A DNA stretch of 64,000 nt from a virus: IMG/VR virus record IMGVR_UViG_3300032288_005579; one strand, 5' to 3'. The position numbers were made by a program, and so were the translations under genes. Shown here one piece after another: positions 44,884-54,592 of the stretch; within the stretch, counting starts at the first letter, position 1, and each line of letters begins with the position of its first letter. Under the pieces are notes generated by a model, which was not told the origin of the DNA, searched no databases, and saw only the letters and a program-made list of their open reading frames with translations.

Positions 44884-45807
44884 TTAAGAATCCAACGTAC
44901 GAGCTGGTATGGTATCAGTTGGAGGATTATATTCTGTTTTTGTTATGATTGATTTTTTGGGGTTATATATAGTTCTTCCCAATCCGTAAGACAATAACGG
45001 AAAATCTAAGCCTGTAAAAGTTATAGATTGGTTACTAGTCAACCAAATCGATGAATCATCGTTGTTTATGTCTTCATCGAGAAGACTTTGATAATCCACC
45101 TCTTCTCTGTGCCCCTGTCCATTTCTTATTATAGTTATTGGACTATTTGGAGAATTTTTATCAGAAGACCATGGATTTAAAACTACGCCGGGTCTTTGTT
45201 TATCTACGTTTGTACTTCCCAATCTTATTGACTGGCCGAATCTCCCTTCTAATATGACGTCGCCTTCGTAAGGTTTTAATCCCCTTATGTCTTGTTTTTC
45301 TGCAAATGTGTTTCCCATAGGAATGGGCGGAAAAGAAAAAGTTTTGGGATTGTTGCGATTCCTGCTGTTGTTGTATCCAGGTTTACTTGATATGCTATCG
45401 TAGTATTTCTGTAATTCATCTAAACGAGGAAAAGCCCCGTGATTGGGAAAATTCCAAACTGAGAACGGAGGCATATAATAGAATGAGGCTCTATCTACAC
45501 CATCGTTCAAATTAGAGTCCGGTCCGGATATAATCATTACGAACTCATTCAATAGCGGATAGTTCTTGATAGAACTAAACATTGGATAGGCAAAATTTGT
45601 AGTTCCGTCTGAAAATGATTGGTTTAAACTAGAGAACATTACTTCAAAAGATATTCGGCCTATGTCTCGTCTCGTGGTTGTGGGTTCTAATGGGGAATCA
45701 GGCGTAGGGACGGAATTCTCTAATACTATTTCTTTTACGCGACCTATTATGAAAGGAACCGTCTCTTTCTTTCCATCGTTGTTATAGCCTTTGTAAAAAA
45801 GAGACAT
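44884..45807 (-). CDS. Baseplate hub/gp5 N-terminal OB-like protein
   Basis: YPLLNEFVMI...PYEGDVILEGRFGQSIRLGST. Confidence 0.6.
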   Translation of the reverse strand: MSLFYKGYNNDGKKETVPFIIGRVKEIVLENSVPTPDSPLEPTTTRRDIGRISFEVMFSSLNQSFSDGTTNFAYPMFSSIKNYPLLNEFVMIISGPDSNLNDGVDRASFYYMPPFSVWNFPNHGAFPRLDELQKYYDSISSKPGYNNSRNRNNPKTFSFPPIPMGNTFAEKQDIRGLKPYEGDVILEGRFGQSIRLGSTNVDKQRPGVVLNPWSSDKNSPNSPITIIRNGQGHREEVDYQSLLDEDINNDDSSIWLTSNQSITFTGLDFPLLSYGLGRTIYNPKKSIITKTEYNPPTDTIPARTLDS

Positions 45808-46157
45808 TATTTTATGAGTTTTTGTTGGCCACTAAAAGCGCTCGGTGGCAAATCATTAAATAGATCGTCTATGTCTTTTTGAGTCAAATTCCCCGATTCC
45901 CCAGAGGCTTTTTGTTCGGAAGATTGTTTAAACAATTGAACCATCTTCAGGAGCACCTCGTTGTTTCTAACCCCAGTGTCCATGAGGTCTTTAATAAGGG
46001 GCATCATGACTATTGCGTCACCCGGAGTTTCAATATAGGAAGAAAGCAGGCCCAACTTCTCTTTCAAAGTGGTATCCTGCTCTTTTTGGCGATCGTAGAT
46101 CTCTTGCAATAGATCGGACACATTTTTGCCAGAAAACACCTGTTTATCTAATTCCAT
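45807..46157 (-). CDS. Hypothetical helical protein
   Basis: 116 aa; ATATTTAT box at 46171-46178 (minus). Confidence 0.7.
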   Translation of the reverse strand: MELDKQVFSGKNVSDLLQEIYDRQKEQDTTLKEKLGLLSSYIETPGDAIVMMPLIKDLMDTGVRNNEVLLKMVQLFKQSSEQKASGESGNLTQKDIDDLFNDLPPSAFSGQQKLIK

Positions 46158-46179
46158 ATTGTGTTTTCTTATAAATATC

Positions 46180-46926
46180 CTAGTAGTCCGATTTCTGTAT
46201 GTGCTCCTCGAGCACTTCTTTGTATATGTTTTTGAGCTTTTTTATGACTTTAGTTATGGTGTTTGTTTGAACATCCACCATTTCTTTCACGTATATGTAG
46301 ATCAATTTCTTATTGAAGATGTCAAGGGACTCTCTTTTTTCAAATATCTCTATCAGGGATATAGCTACTTTTACGTCCTGAGGCGATTGAAAGGTCTCAA
46401 ACAACCTATCGTTGACCGTTTTTATGAATTGTTCTATAAGTTTTTCTGCGTCAAGTTCATTATTGAACTCGTCATTGATTAGTTTATCTATAGTTTTTTC
46501 TTCGTTATCTACCTCTTTAACCTCTATTTTGGATATCTTGCTCTTATAATTCTTTTGGTTATACACTATGAGGTATCTTTTGGCTATTGTACCGAAGTAT
46601 GAATACGCTTTTCCCAAAGACGCGTTGTACTTATCAAGTTTTTGAAGCAGAAAAGATATCACTTCATACTTAAGGTCTTCTATGGAATCAGCTTCCATAT
46701 GATAAAACTTAAAAGTGTGTATAATGTTCTCTACAAGTTTGTAAAAAGCGCCGTGAATTCTCTCCTTGTATATCTTATTCCTTAGGTAAGGATCTTCAGT
46801 TTTTCTATATTCTATGATCGCGTTCTGTGTGTCTTCCGTAAAATAGTTGTTAGATTTCTTGGGCTTTCTCTTTCTTACAGTACCCTTCTTTGTGTACTGT
46901 ACTGACTCCTGCAAAAAGTTCTCCAT
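46180..46926 (-). CDS. Phage RNA polymerase sigma factor (gp55-like late sigma candidate)
   Basis: YFT..AIIEY..RNKIY..KLVENII..EDLKYEVISFL..KY..GKAYSYFGTIAKRYL sigma region 2 pattern. Confidence 0.7.
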   Translation of the reverse strand: MENFLQESVQYTKKGTVRKRKPKKSNNYFTEDTQNAIIEYRKTEDPYLRNKIYKERIHGAFYKLVENIIHTFKFYHMEADSIEDLKYEVISFLLQKLDKYNASLGKAYSYFGTIAKRYLIVYNQKNYKSKISKIEVKEVDNEEKTIDKLINDEFNNELDAEKLIEQFIKTVNDRLFETFQSPQDVKVAISLIEIFEKRESLDIFNKKLIYIYVKEMVDVQTNTITKVIKKLKNIYKEVLEEHIQKSDY

Positions 46927-46927
46927 A

Positions 46928-47197
46928 TTAACTTAGGAACTCTTTTGATTTTCTTTGCATCTCTTTGATTTTATCGAAAAGCGCTAATAATTCAGGATCA
47001 GATTGCACCCAAATTTGGGAATCTATTTTATTGACCACCTCATCGAATTCTCGTACGAGAGTTATCATTTCGTTTGAAAAATTGGCGTAATTATTCGCCA
47101 TTTGTTCTAATTTTTTATTTTTATTGTAGAGGTTAAATATAACCCATCCCACCATGGTTGTTATCCATAAAGATATTCCTACTATTCCTAAGATCAT
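46928..47197 (-). CDS. Membrane-anchored small protein
   Basis: N-terminal hydrophobic helix. Confidence 0.65.
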   Translation of the reverse strand: MILGIVGISLWITTMVGWVIFNLYNKNKKLEQMANNYANFSNEMITLVREFDEVVNKIDSQIWVQSDPELLALFDKIKEMQRKSKEFLS

Positions 47198-47201
47198 AAT
47201 T

Positions 47202-47864
47202 TTATTTTTGTGTTTCTATTTTGCTTGACATAAGATCTGCTTGATGAAGTACGTAAGGAAGGTTTGATTTCAATTCGTAGTCTTCATTGTACGACATGTA
47301 GTAAGATTTATTTGCTTCTTCGTAAAGACCGTCGTGAAGTTTTATAGCTAAAAATTCTTTCGCACTTACGGGTATACCAGCATTTTGTAGATAGAATAAA
47401 CTTCTGTCTGCAATACGCATATGGGGGATATTTGTATTATACTTGTAGTATATGCCTTTATCCAATTGCCACTGTACATCATTAGGAATATAAAAAGGCT
47501 CTTCATTGGTTCCTAATTTTCCTAAATCGTGATTGATCGCTGAGAAAACTAATTCCTCCAACGTATAATCCTGTGCCTGACCAAATTTGGTCCAAACTTT
47601 GTGGAACACTAACGCAGCCTGAGTCACGTTAATAACGTGGTCCAAGTATCCTCCAGCGAAACAATTGTGCCTAGTTACTTTAGACGAAGCAGGAGATGTG
47701 GCTAATACAAGCTCTATACTTTTATAGAATGATTTCAGTTTCTCTCCACGAACCTTATTTTCGCTAGTGATGTACGTATCTATGTACTCATAGAACGTTT
47801 TGAGATTCTCCTCGATCTCTAATTCAGTCAAAACCTTCATTTTCATAATAGCATTATTTTCCAT
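47202..47864 (-). CDS. HD-domain phosphohydrolase
   Basis: HNCFAGGYLDHV, INHDLGKLG, IKLHDG, LHQAD. Confidence 0.88.
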   Translation of the reverse strand: MENNAIMKMKVLTELEIEENLKTFYEYIDTYITSENKVRGEKLKSFYKSIELVLATSPASSKVTRHNCFAGGYLDHVINVTQAALVFHKVWTKFGQAQDYTLEELVFSAINHDLGKLGTNEEPFYIPNDVQWQLDKGIYYKYNTNIPHMRIADRSLFYLQNAGIPVSAKEFLAIKLHDGLYEEANKSYYMSYNEDYELKSNLPYVLHQADLMSSKIETQK

Positions 47865-47908
47865 GTTTATGAAAGTACATAAAAATAAACTATATTGGAA
47901 ATAATCGA

Positions 47909-48238
47909 TTACGGTGTATAGCGCTTCTTATATTCACTTATAGCTGAACCCATTAGTTCGTGAAACGTTAGAACACCAATTCCACTTAGTTTATCGTTTA
48001 GCTGTCTAACAGCGGCAGATTTAGTGTAATTTAGAAGTTGATATATTACGGTATTATCAATAACTATTATGGGATAATCTATTGCGCCTGTTAATACTTC
48101 AAGATTATGACACGTTTCGTTGTACCCAGAACAATCTATAAATTCGTAATCTATAGCTAATTCTCTAAACTTCTTTGCTGTATTTTCGCATTTTTCGCAG
48201 CCTAAAAGGCCATAAATTGCTATTTTTGAATTACTCAT
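47909..48238 (-). CDS. Glutaredoxin-like protein
   Basis: IYGLLGCEKC (CxxC) and DYPIIVID (cis-Pro) motifs. Confidence 0.7.
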   Translation of the reverse strand: MSNSKIAIYGLLGCEKCENTAKKFRELAIDYEFIDCSGYNETCHNLEVLTGAIDYPIIVIDNTVIYQLLNYTKSAAVRQLNDKLSGIGVLTFHELMGSAISEYKKRYTP

Positions 48239-48434
48239 CTTCGTCATCGTAAAAATTTTCGTCTAGCTTTTCAAGTGCGGTAGCTATAACAGCTAATTCA
48301 TCTTCAGAAAACTTATCCATTATACTATATAGATAGGTGTATACATAATCCATGTCTTTATCTGTTATAGATTCTTTAGCGATTTTTAATATGTCTTCAA
48401 CTTTTAAGTTATCTTCTTTTTCTCTATTTGACAT
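48231..48434 (-). CDS. Small acidic hypothetical protein
   Basis: 67 aa first gene of minus block. Confidence 0.6.
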   Translation of the reverse strand: MSNREKEDNLKVEDILKIAKESITDKDMDYVYTYLYSIMDKFSEDELAVIATALEKLDENFYDDEDE

Positions 48435-48490
48435 AGTGGTTTCTATAAGGGTACAAAATTTTTGACTCCGTTTTGAGTTTCAGATTATTA

Positions 48491-48657
48491 GAACACCCCC
48501 TTAGCGGTCTTTCACCGTCGGATCACCCGATATTGGTGTTCTTTTTATGCCTACGCTCTATTTATATACCTGACGCATATTACTTCGTCTTAGCGCCTGG
48601 TAGATTGTTTAGCGATCGCTCTACAACACACCCATGGAATTTCACCAAGCTATGTGT
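48491..48657. other. Structured intergenic element at the strand switch (possible ncRNA or origin)
   Basis: GAACACC/GGTGTTC stem enclosing two hairpins; further TAGA/TCTA and ACACA/TGTGT stems. Confidence 0.4.
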
Positions 48658-48733
48658 ATAGACCCCGAACGATAATCTTTCCTACAATATAACGAAATTT
48701 TCTAAATAAAAAAATTTTGTTTATAATAAATAC

Positions 48734-49702
48734 ATGAGCAAGAAAAAAGAAGTCCTGGATAAGAGTGTTCAGAAGCTTATACTCGGCGTGTTAGAGTCCC
48801 AATTGGGCAAAGGTAAGCCCGATAAGCTTGATAATTATACGTTCAATTGCCCAATCTGCAAGCACAGGAAACCGAAGCTCGTAGTAAACGTACGTACAGG
48901 CGCTTATAACTGTTGGACGTGTCATCCTCCCACAAAAGGAGGAAATCCCTCTTCACTTCTAAAAAAGATTGTGGCGCCGTCATCAGCTATAGTCGAGATG
49001 AAACAATACTACGGTATGAGCGTCACCAAAGAAGACACTCAGTCACAAGAAAACGTAGTAGAATTACCTAAAGAATATAAATTGATTACGTTTTCTAAAA
49101 AAGATACGTACGAAAACCGAGTTATCACGTATTTAAAAAAGAGGGGTCTAACTGAGCAAGACATTCTAAAGTACCAAATCGGATATTGCATGTCAGGGAG
49201 GTACAGAAACAGAGTCATAGTTCCGTCTTTCGATTCCCAAGGAAAATTAAATTACTTCGTGGCTAGATCGATAGACCCAAATGTTAAACCTGCTTACGAT
49301 GCACCAAGTATCAAGAAGACTGACATCATTGGTTTCGAATACTATATCAATTTCAACGTTCCAGTGGTGCTTTGCGAAGGAGCGTTTGACGCGATAGCCA
49401 TAAAAAGAAACGCTATACCCCTGTTCGGTAAAACAATTCCCAAAGCACTCATGATGAAACTTGTACAATCTCAAGTAAAAACTATATATTTAGCTTTGGA
49501 TAAGGACGCTATGCGAGAGAGTTACGACTACGCAGAGCAGCTATTAAACATGGGAAAAGACGTTTATTTTTTAGACATGGAAGACAAAGATCCATCAATC
49601 TTGGGTTTCGATAAGATGATCGAAATGCTGCAGCAAGCTAAACCCATGAATACACAAGATTTATTTTTTAGAAAGATGCAAATGGTATTGTACAAAATAT
49701 GA
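48734..49702 (+). CDS. DNA primase (DnaG/T4 gp61-like)
   Basis: CPIC..CWTC Zn finger, YLKKRG, RNRVIVP, Toprim VLCEGAFDAI, LALDKD. Confidence 0.92.
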   Translation: MSKKKEVLDKSVQKLILGVLESQLGKGKPDKLDNYTFNCPICKHRKPKLVVNVRTGAYNCWTCHPPTKGGNPSSLLKKIVAPSSAIVEMKQYYGMSVTKEDTQSQENVVELPKEYKLITFSKKDTYENRVITYLKKRGLTEQDILKYQIGYCMSGRYRNRVIVPSFDSQGKLNYFVARSIDPNVKPAYDAPSIKKTDIIGFEYYINFNVPVVLCEGAFDAIAIKRNAIPLFGKTIPKALMMKLVQSQVKTIYLALDKDAMRESYDYAEQLLNMGKDVYFLDMEDKDPSILGFDKMIEMLQQAKPMNTQDLFFRKMQMVLYKI

Positions 49703-52700
49703 GCGACATAGTAAAATCAAAACTACCGCTATCCAAGATAGATAAAATACATCACGTATCGGACGTACACATTAGGAATTACAAACGACACGCAGAATAC
49801 AATCGTGTGTTCAATAGGTTGTACGATAGGATAAAAACAAATCTAACTAAGAACGATCTTATAGTTCTTACTGGTGATATAGTACACTCTAAAACGGACG
49901 TCACACCCGAACTGTTCAACGAGGTTCAAAAGTTCCTAAACGGTCTGTGTGACATCGCACCGGTGCTCATGATACCCGGAAATCACGATACGAACCTCAA
50001 TAATTCTCACAGACTCGACGCGTTGACCCCGATAGTAAATGCTATGGCGTCATCTAAGCTAGAGTACTATAAAGATTCCGCCATAATTCGCTTAGGTAAT
50101 GTGGATTTTTACCACTGGTCTGTCATGGACGATGAACAGGACTACCCGTCTGTTATGGAAAATTCCCAAGTAAACATCGCGCTCTATCATGGTCCCGTAA
50201 ACAATTGCACGACTGAAGCTGGGTTCATCATAGAGAACGAGAGCATGACTGTGGAAAAATTCCGAGGCTTTGATGTGGTTCTTTTGGGCGACATACACAA
50301 GACACAGTTCTTAAACCCACAGAAAACAGTTGCCTATCCAGGATCCTTAATACAACAGAACCACGGAGAAGAACGCAAGCACGGTTATTTGCTATGGGAG
50401 GTAGAAAGCAGATTCGTGGAGTTCGTTGAGGTAGAAAACGACACGGCGTTTTACACCATAGATGTCGATGCGGGTCTACACAAACCCATAGACGAAACGC
50501 TTCCAGAGAATTTGCACCTTCGAGTAAGATACAAGAACACAGATCAAGCAACTCTGCGCGATATAGTCGACAGCGTGAGAAAACAGAAGAACATTGTAGA
50601 AATCACAACTCAGAGGATGAGTACTTTCACCTCTAGCGAAAAGACTCTCGATGCTTCTAAAACGTTGGACTTTAGATCCATAGAACAGCAGAAAAAGTTA
50701 CTCACAGATTTTCTCAAACAGAAGCATGATTTGAAACAAGAGGAGCTCGATAGAGTTCTTGAGATCAACGAACAGGTTAATAAATCACTGAAGAAAAGCG
50801 AAGTACCTAGGAACTCCATGTGGATTCCCAAGCGCTTTGAGTTCGAGAACATGTTCAGCTACGGAAAGAACAATTTCGTCGATTTTACGAACATGAAAGG
50901 TACTTTTGGACTTTTTGCGCCTAACGCAAGTGGTAAGTCCACGTTGCTTGATTCTTTGACGTATTGCATATTCGATAAGTGTACCAAGACCAATCGTGGT
51001 CACCAAGTCATGAACTCAAGTAGCAACACGTTTTACTGTAAATTGAATTTTGAGCTCAACGGGCTCGATTATTTCATAGAGAGAAACGCTAAGCGACAAA
51101 ACTCTGGAAACGTTAGGGTAGAAGTAGATTTCTACTACGTAGATGAAGAAGGAAACAAGATTTCTCTAAACGGAAAAGATCGATCGGACACTAATAATAG
51201 CATAAAAAACTTGCTGGGTAACTACGAGGACTTTGTTTTAACGACACTATCCACACAGAGCAACAATACTGGGTTCATAGACATGAATCAGAAAGACCGT
51301 AAGGACCTACTGAGTCAATTTATGGACATAGGAGTCTTCGAAGAACTGTACAATATAGCAAACGAGACCGCCAGGGAAAATGCAGCGGTACTAAAACACT
51401 TCCAGAAAACCGACTACGAATCAAAACTCTGCGAGATAGAGCACAATCTAGAACAATACAACAAAGATCTAAAAAAACAAAATCTAGAAAAAATTCATTC
51501 AGACTCGGAGAAGTCTGTTTTGACTGATAAGTTAGAAAAACTCATAAAAGAACTTGAGTATGTCGATACTTCTATAATAGACGAAAAGGCAATAAGCAAC
51601 AGCATACAATCTTCGAAAAGCAATTTGGTAGATCTTAAAGAGGCAAAACAATTACTCACTAACGAACTACATGCTCTTGCTATAGAGATAGACGAGTTAC
51701 ATTTTAGAATCGATTCAGTCGATGAAAAATCTCTCAAGACACAATTAGAAGAGTGTAAACAACTCGTAACCGAATTCAATAACGTTAATATAGAGAAACA
51801 AAAGTTATCAGAGCACATTTCCCATAAATTGGATAAAATGGGAAAATTGAAAGAGTTGGAATACGATCCAAACTGTAAGTATTGCATGGGAAATGTGTTT
51901 GTAAAAGACGCCATAACCGCAAAAGAACAAATAACTGCAGATAAAGAGAAGCTTCAAGTGTTAGAAAATAAGCACAAAGAACTCGCCTCTAGTGTAAAAA
52001 AGTGTGCATTGATCGAGCAATCTAGAGATTCTTACGAAGAAGTTAAAAGAATCTTAATGACCCTTAAGAATAAGTCTTCTGAATTGTCTTTGAAACTTGA
52101 GAGAGTCATCAATAAGATAAAATCAGAGGAGGATTCAATAAAATTGGGCGAAGAGAAACTACAACTTAGAAAAAAACAACTCTCTTCCATTAAGAAAAAC
52201 GAAATAACAAATAAAAAGATAGAGGACACCAAGCGTGATATCAAAGTGCTTGATGCGGAAATAAAATTGTTGAACTCCTCGCTATCAGATCTAAACGCGC
52301 AGATAAAGATAACTGAGAAGAGCATAGACGATTTAAGAACTGAGATTGATAAGCGTAAAGGCCTTGAAACTTCTCACCAACTGTATCAATACTATTTAGA
52401 AGCCACTCATAGGGACGGAATACCTCACGAAGTCATATCTGTAACAATACCACAGATAGAAGAGGAAGTCAACAACATCCTTTCTCAATTGGTTGATTTT
52501 AGGATAGTATTTGAAACTGACGATAAGAACGTCAACGCCTACATCGCCTACAGCGAAGAGCGGTTTTGGCCTTTAGAGTTGACTTCCGGAATGGAAAAGT
52601 TCGTCTCGTCCCTAGCAATTCGTACAGCACTTATCAACATATCCACCCTTCCCAGGCCCAATTTTATTGCGATAGACGAGGGCTTTGGATCTTTGGACAA

Positions 52701-52857
52701 ATCAAACCTTGGATCCATGTCGCTGCTCTTCGATTACTTAAAGACCCAATTCAAATTTATAGTTATAATATCCCACATTGACTCTATGCGTGACGTGGTA
52801 GACTCCTACATAGAAATCCACAAAGTAAAAGATAGGTCATTAGTGAACCACGAGTAG
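49699..52857 (+). CDS. Mre11/SbcD nuclease - Rad50/SbcC ATPase single-chain fusion (gp47-gp46-like)
   Basis: SDVHIR, GDIVH, PGNHD, GDIH then APNASGKST, CKYC hook, TSGMEK, IDEGFGSLD, IISH. Confidence 0.93.
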   Translation: MSDIVKSKLPLSKIDKIHHVSDVHIRNYKRHAEYNRVFNRLYDRIKTNLTKNDLIVLTGDIVHSKTDVTPELFNEVQKFLNGLCDIAPVLMIPGNHDTNLNNSHRLDALTPIVNAMASSKLEYYKDSAIIRLGNVDFYHWSVMDDEQDYPSVMENSQVNIALYHGPVNNCTTEAGFIIENESMTVEKFRGFDVVLLGDIHKTQFLNPQKTVAYPGSLIQQNHGEERKHGYLLWEVESRFVEFVEVENDTAFYTIDVDAGLHKPIDETLPENLHLRVRYKNTDQATLRDIVDSVRKQKNIVEITTQRMSTFTSSEKTLDASKTLDFRSIEQQKKLLTDFLKQKHDLKQEELDRVLEINEQVNKSLKKSEVPRNSMWIPKRFEFENMFSYGKNNFVDFTNMKGTFGLFAPNASGKSTLLDSLTYCIFDKCTKTNRGHQVMNSSSNTFYCKLNFELNGLDYFIERNAKRQNSGNVRVEVDFYYVDEEGNKISLNGKDRSDTNNSIKNLLGNYEDFVLTTLSTQSNNTGFIDMNQKDRKDLLSQFMDIGVFEELYNIANETARENAAVLKHFQKTDYESKLCEIEHNLEQYNKDLKKQNLEKIHSDSEKSVLTDKLEKLIKELEYVDTSIIDEKAISNSIQSSKSNLVDLKEAKQLLTNELHALAIEIDELHFRIDSVDEKSLKTQLEECKQLVTEFNNVNIEKQKLSEHISHKLDKMGKLKELEYDPNCKYCMGNVFVKDAITAKEQITADKEKLQVLENKHKELASSVKKCALIEQSRDSYEEVKRILMTLKNKSSELSLKLERVINKIKSEEDSIKLGEEKLQLRKKQLSSIKKNEITNKKIEDTKRDIKVLDAEIKLLNSSLSDLNAQIKITEKSIDDLRTEIDKRKGLETSHQLYQYYLEATHRDGIPHEVISVTIPQIEEEVNNILSQLVDFRIVFETDDKNVNAYIAYSEERFWPLELTSGMEKFVSSLAIRTALINISTLPRPNFIAIDEGFGSLDKSNLGSMSLLFDYLKTQFKFIVIISHIDSMRDVVDSYIEIHKVKDRSLVNHE

Positions 52858-52871
52858 TCATATTTATACGT

Positions 52872-54587
52872 ATGAAGACTACTGTTTTACTCCCCGGAGG
52901 ATTTAAACCTCCACACGTGGGACACCTACAACTCGCAAACGCTTACGCCGCTGATCCCAGTGTTGAAAAAGTGGTGGTGCTTGTCGGTCCCTCTGAGCGA
53001 GACGGAATAGGCCGAAATCAATCTTTAGCCGTTTGGAAACTTCTTCCTACTCACCCAAAAGTGAAAGTAGTCGCTTCTAATGTAGATAATCCCATGGAAG
53101 CAGCGTTTGAAACAGTGTTGAATTTGGACAAATCAGCAACAGGACAATATGCAATGGGAGCTAGTTCAAAGGGATCTGACGCTGAAAGATCCAAGGTATT
53201 TGTTGACTATCTAAGAAAACACAAAACAGTTCCAACTCCTAGAGACAAAAAGATGACGCCGAAAGGCGTAAATCCAGTTTTACTTCCAATAGATACAAGA
53301 CCCTTATTGTATAGAGGTCGTACAGACAAATTGAACGGAACCGGTATAAGCGCTAGCGTGCTCAGAAAAGATCTTAAACTAGGCGACGTAAATAATTTTG
53401 CTACAAACTATCCAGGTGTTCCTAAGAACATCATACAGAACATTTTCGACATACTGTCAAAAAAAAAGCTGAAAACTCCTACTAAAAAGTTAAGAGAATT
53501 TGCTGATATCTTGGAAAGTGTGGCGGTATTTAGAACAGCCATAAGACAATTACTTACAGAGGGAGGAGCAGCTGGACACATGGCCCACCCATTTGATATC
53601 CCTACAGTGAAAAACGGATCTGATCTCATAAAAGTCTTTAAAGACACTGAGACGTATTTAAAGAATAACGAAGTGCCCCTAAAAATAGACGGCATAAATT
53701 CTTCCATTAGGCTTGTAAATACCGATAGTGGTAAAGAATTTGCGTTGGACCGTGGGTCTAACAAATCTCTGGATGTAAAGGGTGTAACAACTAAAGACTT
53801 AAAAGACAGGTTCGAAAAGGGTCATGGAATGATAAAGATCGGTGGCACCGTTCTTAAGATATTCAACGAGGCATTACCGTCTGCTAAATCTGCGTTAAGC
53901 AAATTGGGAATCATGAAGAATCCTAACATTATGCTTAACATAGAATACGTAGAAGGAAAATCTAACGTGCAAAAGTACGAAAAGAATTTCATAGTGATAC
54001 ACAATTTGCTTGAAGTAAAACAGTCGAAAGAGGGAAAAAGGTCTATAGGTGAAATGTCTTATTCTAAAAACGATCTTCAAGCTTTGGTAGATGCTTTGAA
54101 ACCGACAGCTAAAAAGTACGGATTCGAAGTGTTCAATGTGATACCGGCAAAAATGGAAAAGAGTTCTAGTCTTTCAACCGAATTGGGTAAATCCTATACG
54201 GTGAATTACGCTAAAGGTAAGAAAGAAACCAAGACCCTGGATCAGTGGTTGAAGGATGCTAAGAATACTAAAGGTCAGAAACTAAAATTGAAAGACGGTA
54301 AAACTGTCGATGCGTTGAGCAAACAAGTTTTCATGGCGATAAACGGGGGTCAAAACATCCAAGACATGGTCGCTGATCCTAAAGACATGAAAATTGCTAT
54401 AGATTCTTTTGTCATATATCTAGCAACAGAAAAATTAGGAGAAGCTATACTCAAATCAATGAGCTCTCCTTTAGGAGACGTTAACGATCAAGAGGGTATA
54501 GTGGTTAGAAACCCCAAGGTTTACGATAAACCCTATAAGATCACTGGGTCTTTCATAACTAGGGGAATGCAATCACAATTCCGATAA
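52872..54587 (+). CDS. HIGH-family nucleotidyltransferase fused to RNA/DNA-ligase-like domain
   Basis: PGGFKPPHVGH; C-half GGAAGHMAHPFD, KIDGIN, NIEY, EGIVVR, YKITG. Confidence 0.7.
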   Translation: MKTTVLLPGGFKPPHVGHLQLANAYAADPSVEKVVVLVGPSERDGIGRNQSLAVWKLLPTHPKVKVVASNVDNPMEAAFETVLNLDKSATGQYAMGASSKGSDAERSKVFVDYLRKHKTVPTPRDKKMTPKGVNPVLLPIDTRPLLYRGRTDKLNGTGISASVLRKDLKLGDVNNFATNYPGVPKNIIQNIFDILSKKKLKTPTKKLREFADILESVAVFRTAIRQLLTEGGAAGHMAHPFDIPTVKNGSDLIKVFKDTETYLKNNEVPLKIDGINSSIRLVNTDSGKEFALDRGSNKSLDVKGVTTKDLKDRFEKGHGMIKIGGTVLKIFNEALPSAKSALSKLGIMKNPNIMLNIEYVEGKSNVQKYEKNFIVIHNLLEVKQSKEGKRSIGEMSYSKNDLQALVDALKPTAKKYGFEVFNVIPAKMEKSSSLSTELGKSYTVNYAKGKKETKTLDQWLKDAKNTKGQKLKLKDGKTVDALSKQVFMAINGGQNIQDMVADPKDMKIAIDSFVIYLATEKLGEAILKSMSSPLGDVNDQEGIVVRNPKVYDKPYKITGSFITRGMQSQFR

Positions 54588-54592
54588 TTCTC

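Noticed and set aside
45807-46157. Possible terminase small subunit
   Set aside because: Helical and late-expressed, but no motif I can support and it is distant from terL
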